Part shown: positions 22,596-35,700 of the stretch, in pieces
Layout: every line of letters starts with the position of its first letter
Position numbering within the stretch: the first letter of the stretch is position 1
DNA from: Marsupella aquatica
Taxonomy: Eukaryota > Plantae > Marchantiophyta
NCBI GenBank assembly: GCA_973895155.1
Contig: OZ316891.1
Span: forward strand, 12,832,771 to 12,896,770
DNA: 64,000 nucleotides
Reading direction: 5' to 3'
Translations under genes and position numbers: made by a program
Notes under the pieces: model-generated
Told to the model about the DNA's origin: nothing
Seen by the model: only the letters and a program-made list of their open reading frames with translations
Databases searched by the model: none

Positions 22596-24456
22596 CATGG
22601 CTTGGTGCTGTCCTGCATGGCCCTGTAACAAGCCATTGCAAATCTGCTTTGCCACATCCTTTACTGCTCCTAATCCACGTGGGATAAATATAGTAGATTT
22701 CTTGGAACTTGCCCTTCGTTGTGTCATAATATTTGAGTCATCCAAACCATGTCAAGAACATCTTTGGCAGTTATCCATAGTACATTAAGAGAGAATGCAA
22801 CAACACTATCCCTCAACCCATCAACAATTGCTTGACATTTTGTTGCAATACCACTCCTGTCAGATATTTTGCCTTTGCTTCTCCTTCAAGCCTCTTCACC
22901 TGCAGTATTTTGTCTGCTTCTACTTTGTCACTGTCTTGCTGCCAACCTCAGTAGGGCAGCTGCAAATCCACAAGACAAGGAAATTCATTGTGTAACACTC
23001 CATCGTGAAAACTTATAAAATAGTTACAATTGGTGAAAACGGAGATGATATTTTTAAGGAATATTTCAAGTGTCAACAAAAATAATATTTCTTCACTTCC
23101 TTCTTTCACAATGTGTAAATGTGTTGGTGCATCACCTGCATTGATCTCATTCATGGCTCATTTAACATACTTGTCAGGTTTGATGTCCACAAGCAATGTC
23201 TCCACAATTTTGTATTCATATGCACCCATAGCCTGGAAGAGAAAGACTACATTGAAACAAGAAATCAAGAAGTCTTTTGGACCACCTCCACGTATTTACT
23301 AGTAAGTTTGCATTCATAAAGTGGCCTTGTAATAGTCAGCTCATCAGAGAGCAACATTCGCCAAGCATCTCAAATTTACCGATTGGAGCAGTTTCTCGAA
23401 TGCAGAAACTTCACTTGACATTCTTGGCAACCTCGAATAGAGAGGCATGGTTGTGTGGTAGCTCACTTGAGTGGAGACTGGTAGGTCTTCGTCTCAAATA
23501 TTGTGACCGAGTATTCCTTTTATGTGGGTTTCATAGATTTTCCCTTAAAAAATGTTTATGCATCAGTAAAAGATATGGTCAATCTCTGACACACCTTCTC
23601 CAGTTTCATCTCAACATTCTTGGCAACCTCACTCTTCCACTTAAATACAGTTTTGGCACACTGGCTCTTACGACTGCAAGGAGAAAATCACGACACAAAT
23701 GATCCATTTTGATGTTAACATTGAATCTATCCAGCTCTGATGTTAAAGGTAACATCTGCATAGAGACAACAAACTCAATTGACCACTTTGCATAGCAACT
23801 ATTTCATGAGGTAAAGGCATCTTGTTCATGATCCAAAATTCTGGGTTCTCCAACTTTGAAGGCCCTTTACAAAGCCACTCTGGAGTAAAAGTTTTTGACT
23901 TACCATCAAACACATACAACTGGATTTGGGATTTAGGATTGGTAAGTTTGTAAAAAGCATCATAAGCAGAGCCTTTGACTGCTCGGTATTAAACCAATGC
24001 TACCACCACAACAAACACATTATCCTCTATCCATTCATCCAAAGAAAAAGTTATTTAGCAAGAGTATGAGCCTTGCATTTGCCAGCAGGTCATGACCCAT
24101 GAGTCCATCACTTGCTCTATATATAAACACATTAGTTGGGAAGCTGCACTCTCATAATCATCATTTACCACCTCAATCTTTGGCAATACATGCCAAGGAC
24201 AACTGCCCCTGCAAACTGTAATGCCGTCACTATGATAATAATTATGTGCACCTTTGTTTTGGTCTCACAACAAACACCCAAGCTAACATCTAGCTGCTGT
24301 ACACAAAGCAAGAGCCAGGGTACCAAGGACTCTGACTCCGAAACACTAGAGGACAAAGTGGCATCCTGGTTCAATTGTTTCTGAAAACTTTCCAAATTTT
24401 TCTTTCACCCCAACAGTTGATTGATTGACTTGAAGATCGCCGAGTGGTTGACCCAT
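22596..24456 (-). pseudogene. HIR: Hypersensitive-induced response (HIR; SPFH/band-7) pseudogene, 5 exons with retained introns
   Basis: Exons ~24456-24252 ([30 protein letters not shown]...QQLDV..CETKTK), 24024-23904 (DNVFV..YRA..AYDAFYKLTNP.SQIQ.YVFD), 23673-23595 (VRASVPKL..VAKNVE..LEK), 23232-23136 (AMGAYEYKIVETLLVDIKPD.YVK*AMNEINA) and 22959-~22596 (AIVDGLRDSV..AKDVLDMV..IFIPRGLGAVKDVAKQI.NGLLQG). Several stops and frameshifts. Confidence 0.9.
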
Positions 24457-24659
24457 ACCTCCACGTTGATCTGTGGCCACAACAGACATCCTTTGTTAGT
24501 ATTCCCCAGCTTCAAAGACAAAAGAAGATAAAGACATTGCAACCAGTACCACATTACAGCTTGCCCCTGGCTCTATTCCAGTAATTATGGAAAAACATAT
24601 AACTATTTCTTGTAAGAAAATGCACAATTATAGAATTCCCGAGAGAACCTCTCCTCCTC

Positions 24660-25470
24660 ACCTTGTAAGAATGCAAATGTTTAGGCAGGGAAGCCTTGGA
24701 AATAGTTTATGGTTTAGATGTTGCCACCACTGCAGGAACTGAAGGGTAGTTTTTGTTGATGGAGAAATTCACTTCTTCAAATTGAAGAGACTTTCTAGCC
24801 GCAAATCATGTCAAGCCTTTAGAGATCAAAGTGCAAATCCTTTGACACCTAGCTACCATCAATCAAGGAGTTGTGCACAAAAACTCAGTTCTCTTGCAAC
24901 AATGCTAGTCCAGTACTACCATCTCAGAGAAAAATAGCCCAAAGGATCAATGACGAGAATTCTTGGGAACTTGGGGTGATCGATCATCAATATTTTTTAT
25001 CTAGAGTTGAGACTCTCTAACAATGGAAGAAAGAAACAAAGCCAAAACACCTAGAATCCAAACTCTTCATAATTGGCTCCATTGCACTTGGATAATATTT
25101 ACAAATATCTCAAGCCACTTACAATGATCTAAGTATATGTTGAGATTGCATATGAGCGGAGAAAGACAACAAACAGAAAAACAACCATAGAAACCAGTCA
25201 GATGCAGGATGTTGTGCTCAAAATTGAGCATACTAATAATACAAACCTGCCTTTTGCACAACAAAAGGATGATGATGTCACTCCAGCCTGTGAAGGTCTG
25301 GTATTTGACCGCAAAATGGACCAGAATTGTCACTACAATCTCAGAATTCTTCTCCAATGACAACATATCACACAGGCTCCAAACAAGAATTGCTCTTCCA
25401 AAAATCTGAAAGTCCTTATAGAAAGGACCACAACCTCCCAGAATGATGCGGGAGAGAAGAGATGATCCTA
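24660..25470 (-). pseudogene. Possible F-box(/LRR) gene relic
   Basis: Minus-strand FRFLEEQFLFGACVICCHWRRIL..FW resembles the F-box F.FL....L..A..VC..WR....FW pattern. Stops are present and GT donors lie nearby. Confidence 0.3.
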
Positions 25471-27883
25471 TGTCTTTCACTTATTGATAGAGGTTGTTGT
25501 GGACAAGCTAGACGGTGTAGCTAACAGGGAATGGGGTGTTGTACTGGGGGTACACAAAATCAACTGGTCACTCATATCAATGACTAATATCAGTTATCAA
25601 CTTTGTCACACACAATTATTGTGAATCTCAGCTTAGTAGGCTGAGATGGGCGAGGAGATGGGGCCTTTAAATCTCCACACATCTCAGCTAGGCCTCGAGC
25701 TAGGCAGCTAAGATTGGCTCAATCTTGGTTGACCTTGCCTAAATAGGCGAATGGACAAAAAGAATACTTAACAGAATGCAAAAATTATAAAAACATTTGA
25801 AGCAACATTTGGGGGCAAAATCATGTGTCCGTACTATACTGACACAGCCCATCTCAGTTAACCTCACCGAGATGGGGAGTCTGTACAGTAATGATGCCCC
25901 ACAATGAAATGAAGCTTGGAAATTTTTCTCCTAAATTTTGATGAAAATAATTAAACCTTTTCCCCCTTTTTTCTGCCTAAACTTGGCTGCCTCTCTAAGA
26001 TGACATAGATATCAGGTTCATTGATGGACTTGATTGATAACTGATGAGATTAAGTTACTTGTTATATTGCCTTAAAATAACCTTATTTAAGTATTTATTC
26101 ATCCAAAAAAGATACTTGGCCTTCAATGCATTTTGTAGACTAAAGTTACAAGAATGACGCACACCAGGGCATGTCAAAGGACATGCATTACCATAATCAA
26201 GGTCTTACGCCTATAATTAATTAATCATACATTATAACTTTTTTTTACAAACATCCAGTTTTTGGATGTCTGATTCTTATCGGGCACCTTTATAGGTTTT
26301 TTTTCCTGACCATAAAAACATTGTATGTGCCAGGTGTATGTCCTTGGCCATAACTCACTCATGGCCCTGCTTTGACACACCTTATTATTGTCTCCTTTTG
26401 GACACTAGGAGATCTTCCAAGCTGTTGATTCAAGCTAGTGAATGGCAGTTCTTGACTTGAGAAGAGTGCTGTTGGCCATGACCAGCATAGTTTGTAAGGT
26501 ATTTAACCCAATGTCACCTTGTGCAAATTAAGGATGAGATGCTAGGAATCTTCCTTATCTAATGTTCTGCTTTAGTTCTGACAGTAAGCTCTTTCTCGAA
26601 TTAAGGCTAAGTAGTAGGTTCTTGCTAATGGGGTTTGTGGCTAGGTGGGAAACTGGCTAATGGAAGACAAAAATTCTAGCTAATTTCAGCCAACTGTGAC
26701 CAAGACTTTTCAAAGACGTGGAATCTAACAAAATTTGGCCACTAAAAAGAATGTTGGGCATTACACAGAGTTTTGCCCAATCCTACAAGGCATTAGTAGG
26801 TCCTGGTGATTGTCTAAGTGTAAAGGGAATTTTTTTTGCCAGAGCTTAGACCACCGTTAGCACCTCAGGGTGGCTTTACCAGACATTGGGGGCCATGGCT
26901 TGTTTTGGTTCACTCTGAGATTAAATTGAAACCTTGTAGTGAGTGGAAAAGGATACTGTTGGCTTTACAAGTACTCAAGGGCCCTTCCAGTAAGGTGTAA
27001 CCATCCTACATGGCAAGCAGTGGACCTAAATAAAACTGCCGTTGATCATTGTGGAGTGTTGTGGAGTGCTACCTTTGTCTAGAAGTTTCATTGGTCCAAA
27101 CATTTCCAAACTTTGGCTTCTTCATTCAATGGATTTGCATTTATTGAGCCTCATGTCAAAAGTTATTTGGTTTGGAGTCTATCACATCTTGGCCTTAGTT
27201 ATACAATCACACTCAAAGTCAAGTGTAAAGTGTAAAACAAGCCTTAGTGTCTTGAACTATAAAATGAATCTTGTTTCATGTGAGTTGCAGTGGACAAAGT
27301 CATGGACAACCTCATGGTCTAGCCGGGCTTCCACTTCATGATGCAGTCTATGTTAACAATTGAACAAGCTGGCCAGTAGGAGGGAAAACTCCTTCCCAGT
27401 AATATACAGTAAATGCCAAAGACTCAGATCTGACAAAGGATCCAAGTTATTATTCAAGGAGGCATTGTTGTTATGAAAGTCAATTTTTTGGGGTTGCAGG
27501 TCTTCCACTGGTTCTTCTTATGATGCTTTTGCCTGATGATGATTCACTGTCACAAGTTATCTTTCAGCTAACATGTCAATTTTAATCTATAACTTAGAGC
27601 ATGCCATCCAAGTCAATGTACTTGTTTGGATGCTGTCCATCCGAGCATATAAGAAAATTTGAAGGTCCATCCATTAATTTTCAATTTTTTTTTGAAGGTC
27701 CATTCATGCATCATCTTCCTCCAGTGCACATACTTTGGATGTGATTGGATGGGGACAAACCAAATTGTTTACAGTAAGCTTGAGACATTCATGCATAGGC
27801 TGGTTCCACCTGACTACCACTATCCAGTTTGACAATGCACTTACATGAGCCTACTTTGGTCCACTATATTGACAAGAAATTAT

Positions 27884-28597
27884 AAAGACTAAACCTTTGA
27901 ATGGGAAGAGCACACGCATGTACAATGGGTTGCTCATAGACTTTTGTCCTTATTTTTTCTTATTTCTTGGTTCATGGGGTTTGTTGAGTTTAGTGTTTGT
28001 CCACTATGGACCTCTGTTGCTTTAGTCCAGTGCACTTTGTTGGGCTCGTTTTTACAAAGTGGTCCTCTTCATTGAAAACAACTATATATAAGGACTTAAA
28101 CCTTTGAATAGGGCAGGAACTAAACCCACAAGCATGTACTGTAGGTTGATCATATATTTTTTGTTTCTTCTCTTCTACAGGTTTATGGGATTTGTTGAGT
28201 TTCATGTTTTTCTTCTTATTTCTTCACTACAGGTTTATGGCCCGGTTGGTTGAGTTTAAGTTTTGTCCTCTATGGACCTCTGTTGCTTTAGTCCAGTGCA
28301 CTTTGTTGGGCCCTTTGCAATAAATTGGTCTTTTTAATCAAATAAATGTAAAGCCCTATGCACAACGTACATGGGATGGGAACTATACACAGGAATGTAC
28401 TGATATATATTTTAATTATATTATTTTTTCCTTCTTTCTGGGTTTATGGGGTTTCTCTAGTGTCCTATTTTTACTTCTTTCTAGGTTTATTGGGTTTGTT
28501 GAGTTCCTGTTTGTCGTCCATGTACCTCGGATGTTTTCAGTCTGTGTACTTTGTTGGGCCCTTTTCAATAAATTGGTCCTTTTTGTTGAAAGAAAAA
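27884..28597 (+). mobile_element. Three head-to-tail short retro-like units (3'-tail homologues of the RLE element), each preceded by a repeated target-like motif
   Basis: Units ~27940-28085, ~28153-28345 and ~28405-28595 share gggtttgttgagtt..tttgtcc.ctatggacctctgttgctttagtccagtgcactttgttgggc.c....aataaattggtc. The spacer motif recurs at ~27884, ~28090, ~28375 and ~29184. Confidence 0.7.
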
Positions 28598-29145
28598 TCC
28601 ATTTTTAACTAACCTATCCCCCAAATGATTTAATTACTAGGTTGACCCCCATTTTGTATACAGGTTATTTTACTCTTGTACTTAAACTCAAGGTCATTAG
28701 GCACTGGTTGTCTGTCATGTGGCAAGGCACTATTGCCGCCTAACCCCATCTGGTAATCCCATAACCCAGGCCGCCTCATTTTGATTATGAAAAATGTGGG
28801 AGTACAGGGCCAGCTCCCCCCCATTGCACAAATCCAAACCCTACTTTGGCTTCCTTCCAACCCTCCTGTTTTAGAAAATGCAGCCCCGGTGACAGGGCTA
28901 CCCCCTCCTTTTTTTCCACGTTCAGCTCCTTCCTGGGCTCCTTCCCTGCCATTTGTTTGAAAGGACAACCTGGGTCGGCTTGATTTCTCACATTGACATA
29001 ACGCGACCAATAGCACCTTGCCATGTGACGTGGCAATTAGTGCAAAATGAACTAGGTAGGGATAAATAACCCATCTACAAAATGGGGTTCAATATTAATT
29101 AAAATAGTTTGGGGAGTTTGGGGGACAGATTAAGAATAAGGGTCA
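28598..29145. mobile_element. MITE with long (~130 bp) imperfect TIRs, Mutator-like
   Basis: Left arm tcccccaaa..ttaatta..ttgacccccattttgtatacaggttattt..ggtcattaggcact..tcatgtggcaagg is mirrored by ccttgccatgtgacgtgg..agtgcaaaatgaac..aaataacccatctacaaaatggggttcaa..taattaa..tttggggga. Confidence 0.65.
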
Positions 29146-29728
29146 TTTTGAGAGACAAGGTAACAAAAAACGGAAACAAAAATATAGACCTAACCCTTTG
29201 AATGTGACGGGAACGATCCACCACAAGCACGTACTGTAGGTTGCTGTGTCCAATCTACCGGACTCGATCATCCCTGCATCGTTATCCACTCGAAAATTCA
29301 GGACTGTCACCAGTTCTCTGTACGCCAGCGAGCTGCTGGAAGCTGAATCGAAGTCCTCATGAGCGCAAAATGATGAGCACCCGCACCATTGACACAGGAA
29401 GCCTTTGCAATGCGTGTCCCAGAAATGTTATGTGAATGAACTGTCGTCTGACTGCAATCCTGGTTGGGACCCGGGGTCGGTGGTGCATAGCTTTACTTGA
29501 GGCTGTAGTGTTGCTGCAGGAGGGTACGTTTTCTCTCTGATTACGTTGTGCCCATCAGCTGGTCAGTCAATTCGTTCGTAGCTGCTGTTCAAGAGGTTAG
29601 TTTGGACCATTTCTCCTCATCACTTCGCTCGGGATTTTCCGGTGAATGTGGAGGGTTGAGACAACGTTTTAGAGGAGAGGAGGCAAATTGATCAAACTTA
29701 GGACAGTAGGGAAGAAAGAGGTGGTGAA

Positions 29729-32700
29729 ATGTTGGGTTGTAAAGGGGTACTTCGAACCCCAGTTTTGCCGTCATTCGGAGGATTTTCTCGGCCATCGGCA
29801 CCAGCTCACGTCCCTCATAGGAGCCAGCACCTGCATTGCCGATCAAATTTGCTGCAACGCGCTGGCTGCCGGAAAGTCTTAACTAAATGCAAGAGTGATG
29901 GAGTTCAAGCTGACAAAGCAGTAAAACGTACACGTAGAGGATCAAAAACAGTATCAGCAACAGAAGAGGAGCCCGCCAATAGTTCTCCACCTGTTAGTGC
30001 GGAGCAAACGCAAGATGTTGCCGCGAACGAAGGGAGGGACGGGTTTCTGAAGCCAGTTTCTATCACAGTTCCTGTTGGCAACAGAGAGGTAACTCGTGTC
30101 TTCCTCATTATGAGTTCGAAATATTATTTTCTTTCTGTAGATGAGAATATCTATGTTTCTAAGCCGTCAAGAATTTTCCACTTCTGTCAGGAGAGATGTA
30201 GCGGAACTCTCTCGCAATCTTCAATAAATTAATCTTCATTTAGTTGCACAAGGTTTCTCTAGGGTTTCCCCAAATCCAGCTGATTAGCCATAGGAAAGGG
30301 CTTCTGGCAACCTTGCAAGGCTAAGGTTGTCTGGAGATGCTGTTCTATCTTCGTGATACATAGTATGATCAGTAAATTTAAAATGTCAATCGTAATCATT
30401 GGAATGCTGTTCCACAGTCTTAACATTTCTGGAGGGGGACTGACATTGAAAATGTACTGTGCACGCTGTCCCAGTTCACTGTAATTTCTCCTGGATTGCA
30501 GCTTTGGAAGTATTTCCTCTCCCAAGGCAGCTGCAGGTCCGTAAAAGGCATAGCTAACAATTATAAGTCAGGAACAGCAAATGGCAGGGTTAGATAACAT
30601 TGACAAGTTAAATAGCAGATTTTAATGAGATATGAGTGAAAGGCTCTGACGATTTATTTTTTCCGCTGCTGTCTTAATCGGTGTATGGTGAACACTTAGC
30701 TTGGCTTAAATTCGGACAGCAGTATTGAGCATGAATGGTCCTATCGAAACAAAACAATGATAAATAATACTTTTGATATCTAAAAGGTACTCGGGCCCTG
30801 GGACCCACTTGGATCGTGCAGATAATCATCGAAACAGGTCGCATGGGCCGCTTAGCTAATGGGGCTGTGACAGTTACCGATGGAGAAACCGTAAGTAATT
30901 GTGCGTTTGCGCTAATTTATATCTTTCTATTTTATGATGTTAGTTTTTGTAACCCTTCTGGTTAACCTCTTCTGGACAAAATAGCAGGGAGCCACAGGCA
31001 ATTATGATGCTTTCAGTGTCTGCTGTAAATCGAAGATTCAGCTGGGATGTTTGTCGTCAGCAACAAGATTGTTGGATGGTGGTACGTCTGTTTCAGGTTC
31101 TCTACACAACAGTTTGCAGCTCCTTCGATCCAACAGAGCCTTCAGATTTCATACCTTTAACAGTTAATTATCAGGAACGCTTCTCTGCTGCGGGGAGAAC
31201 CAGGTTTGCATTCCTTCTTGTTGATTTGTTAATTTATTTTGAGAGTACACTGCTCAAAATTTCCAGGTAATTTTGTGTATGGATAAGAGCTGAAGCCACT
31301 GAAAAAGGGGTGTTTGGTGACTGATGGATTCCTTGGTTCGTACAACAAGCGTTCTCCTTAGAATCATGGCAAAGAGGCTTTGACAATTTGTGAGAGAAGT
31401 TACTCCTTCTTTAGAATTAGACAGTGGTCGCTCTTGATGTCATGACCTCTAAGATGTGTCTCCTTTACTATACACCAACGAGAAAGAATCCTTGGCGTGT
31501 GTTCTGGGAAATGTTGTCGACCAATCCTAGTGGCTTCCTACTTAGATGCTTTTAGCAGTTATCCTTGAGCTTGAGGGAACTCATTGTATTAATCCGTTGA
31601 AGGCTCGTAGTAATGCTGTTCTTTGCTCCTGCAGTGGTGGATTTATAAAGAGAGAAGGAAGGACAAAGGATCATGAAGTACGCACATTAAATCTCTGTCC
31701 CAAAACAGTTTTGTGGCTCTGTGATTCAGGTCGCCTGCGTGCTTACAATGCCAGTTCTCGCTGAGACATGAATGATTTGGACTATACTGTGATATCATTT
31801 GATTAGGACCTCAGAGAAAAAGTGAGTAGAATGTCATTGGTCTGTTCCTGTTTTTAAAGGAGTCTAGTAGGTGTCCAATTTAGTCCAGATTCTATTTATG
31901 TGAATATAACTCATAGCTGAATCTTGGTTTTGTGCTCACAGATTCTAGTTTGCAGACTAATAGACAGGCCGATTAGACCTTTGATTGCGAAAGGTTTCAA
32001 CTTCGAAACACAGATTTTGTCTTGGGTAAGGACACTTGGTGTCGAACAGGATAGTTAATCTCGTTCCGCACAGTGACTCATTATTCCGGAATGCATCCCA
32101 TTCGATTGCTGTAGTGCCAACGACCATTTTCTCTGATATATGTTGTGGGATTATTATTATGTTAATTGTACTGGGCAGGTACTTTCATTTCTGCTCTAGA
32201 TCTACCATGTTTCTCCACTGCGTTAGATCGTTTCCTTGCTGTTGATCTGGAACAAATACCTCTGGATAGACAGATAGGTGATCACTTGTAGTAAGGACTA
32301 ACCTAAATTTCAGTTTCGCGTGGGACGAAACAGGTTTTGAGTTATGATGGGGTTCATTCTCCAGAACCATTAGCAATTACTGCCGCTGGTGCAGCTCTGT
32401 GAGTTCCCGGATCTCTGAACAATCTCAGCTAATTTTCCTTTTTTGAAAACTCTGAAGTAAAGAGCACTCCCTCGGGGTCTTAAAGCAATAGGTGGGGAAC
32501 TATCTGCAAAGACACGGCTTCTCCAGGTTGCAATCCAATCAGATTAATGTTTCTTTTACCATGTGTCCAAAAATCAGAGCATTGTCGGACATACCCATCG
32601 CAAAACCAGTGGCAGGTGTTCGAGTAGGATTGGTGGATGGGCAGTTTATTGTTAATCCGACAGTGCAGGAGATGTCTTATTCAGTGCTGGATATGGTGAT

Positions 32701-35700
32701 TGCTGGAACATCCGAGGCAGTGCTCATGATTGAGGTTTGGTGACTTGAGCTAATCTCAAATTTACTCTTAAAGCTAGCATGCATCGAGATGGCATTTGTG
32801 AACAGTGGACAAATTATATTGAACGGAGTGGGTTAACAGCGCTATAATTTGAGCACAGCATATGTAGCTAGGTGTAGTTATTATATGACAAAATGACAAA
32901 ATGTGATTCCCTTTAAGGACTGACTCATGTGGCCTACTATCTGCTGTAGGGTTATTGTGATCTGTTGCCGGAGGAAAAGTTGCTGGAAGCAGTAGAGATC
33001 GGTCAGGTGTGATATGTGTACAATCAAGCATTTGTTATTTTGCGTTTAGTTTCCGTTTGCTTATTCCGCGGCGATGTAGTTTTGGAGATCATGTAGTTGA
33101 GTTGTAGCTTCTACCCATTTTATCAACGTAGAGGGTATTAGTTCCTCTATATCTTCGTCACAACAACTGGGGATCTAAAGTACTGAATTTTGTGTGTCTC
33201 TGTTGTTGGCAGTAGGGGGATTTGCTTTTATTATTAGAAGTGCATCACATGAGAAAAAGAGTAGATTGTGGATGATAGAATCTTGTGGTTTCAGACTGCA
33301 GTTTCAAAGATCTGCGGGGAAGTAGCAAAATTTGCAGCCGTCGTTGGAAAGCCTGTAAAGCTTGAGGGGAGAAGTTTAGCCTCACCCAGTTTGGGTACAT
33401 ATATTGAGGTACACTACTTGCAGAAGTTTATCTCTTGGGAAAATCTGTCTTCTGTACTTTATTGGCATACATTGAAAGAATGGTATTGATCGAGTGATGT
33501 TCTCGTAGTCAATGCATATGAGTTGGGTTTTTAGCCTTCCATATAAGGATTTTGGATTCAAAGCTTCCTGTGAGTCTAGGACGGAGCTACCTTCCACTCA
33601 AACTATGCGAATGTACGAGGTCCATTTGTCGATCTAATATTTTTTAAACTGTATTCATCAGCAACAAATTCGGACAAGTCATAAGCGGTTCTTAAAGGGA
33701 GGCTAAGCGATACTGAGAAATCTGCCATTCTTGTTCTTACTACAAACAGGAACTTGTTGGAGATGACTTAAAGAACGCACTCCAGATCAAGACCAAGAAG
33801 GCTAGGGGCAAGGCCATAGGTCTGGTGGAAGAGAAACTTTTAAGGATGCTCACAAGAGAAGGGATAAAAGCAGGACAACCTACTGTAAAAGTGGAGGATC
33901 CTCTGGAGGAACTAGTATGGAATGAGGATGAAGATGGGGTGCTAATTCTTGAAGATGGAGAGGTTGATGAAGGTGACATTCATGTGCGCACTGGCTCACA
34001 AAGTTCAGTCACTAAGGTACACCTGAAACGCATGGAGCAACTGTACTTTCATCAACATCTACCAGTCTTTGATCTTGATTGCAAACTACGTTAAGCCTAA
34101 AAGTGTTGCGCTGCGCCCTTTTTGCTAATTTTGAAGCATCGCGTTGAGGTTGTAGTATTGACTCCTTTTAGTGCGTGACGCCACAGGTTTTTGACCCAAC
34201 AGACGTGAAGCTCGCTTTAAAAGAAGCATCTTCCAAAATCATGCGGAGATTTATAGTGCAGGTGAGGGAAATTGACCTTTTTTCACTTACAAATTGGATA
34301 AGATGAACTGTAGCCCTGGACTTCTGAAAAACTTACCTTTAGGTGCAATGCCAAGTTGGGTAATGGGGCATTGATATTCTTTATCTTTTAACCTTGTGAC
34401 TAAACAGTCAGGAAGAAGGAGTGATGGTCGTAGCGTGACTGATGTTCGTCCAATCGAAGCAACCTGTGGATTACTTCCTCGAGTGCATGGCAGTGCCCTT
34501 TTCACTCGGGGGGAGACACAGGTGAATGTTTACTCCTACAATTTTCTGCCCTTACTGTAACATTCTCTGGGTGCAGAATCAGAGAGTATAATGAACCTGT
34601 TATTGCTCTGAAGTGCTTCCTCGACCTCGTTTTTGCCAGCACCTGTTGGACATTCTGCCCTAGCAGTAACTTCAGTCTCCTGTGGACTTGCAAAATCAAG
34701 TCAGGTCGATTCAGTTCAAGTTTGGTTACTGGCCAGTGTCCTGTCTTTGGTATGCACTTTGTCTGGCGTGTGACTTATGACTTTCGAAAGTCATTGTACT
34801 TTGTTGCCCTACTGGGTCACTCGGATCCCCAAGTACCTTAAATTTAGCAATTTGTTTTCCTAAGTCTCGGATGTACATGTTTTTGCAAGGCCTTGGCAGT
34901 AGCGACACTAGGAGGGGGAGACATGGCACAGCGAGTTGATAATCTCACCAGTACTGTTCCCACCAAGAGGTTCTATCTCCAGGTCTGGAACATTCTGCAT
35001 TCCATTTTTGCTGACTCGTTTGAATATACAAGGAAAGAATTTGTCCAAATGCAACCATATATGGTTTACGGCATTGTCTAACACTCCTTAAAGGTCTCAA
35101 AAGACAATGCAGCTTCTGTCATCAAGGGCTTTCCAGTGTCTGCTCGTGTTCAGGAAGAAATGATAATTGTATGTTTGAATTAAGGATGATCCAGTCTGTA
35201 CTTGTTGTGATTTTCAGTGAAGCATACATTACTCAACCATGTTTTTGAAGCGTAGTTCCTTGCAAGGAACCGCGGAATTATATATGATAGACGATGATAT
35301 GCGCAAGTGTAGGTGGTACTTAAGAGAATTTTTCACAAATATGGGTACACATGTGACACAAGACCTTGACGTGATTAGTCACGAAGGGCTTCTTGACCAA
35401 GACAATGCAATGTCACGGACTATAAGTAGTCTGAGTCATCTTTTCTTCTTTTCCTTGTGCAGTACGCATTCCCCCAATCTTCAGTGGGTGAAACTGGTCG
35501 AGTTGGAGCACCCAGCCGACGAGAGATTGGCCATGGTACACTAGCAGAGAGGGCCCTTGAACGAGTTTTACCTGCAGTACAAGAATTTCCCTATACAGTC
35601 CGTGTTGAGACTACTGTCACAGAGAGTAACGGCTCGTCAAGGTTTGGTTTGCGTTGTGCTTCATTTGGATGTTGATGTAGCAGTGCTTTTTTGCAGTGCA

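Noticed and set aside
25620-25880. Possible hAT/MITE terminus with repeated (c)tgagat/atctcag motifs
   Set aside because: No matching TIR pair or TSD could be delimited.
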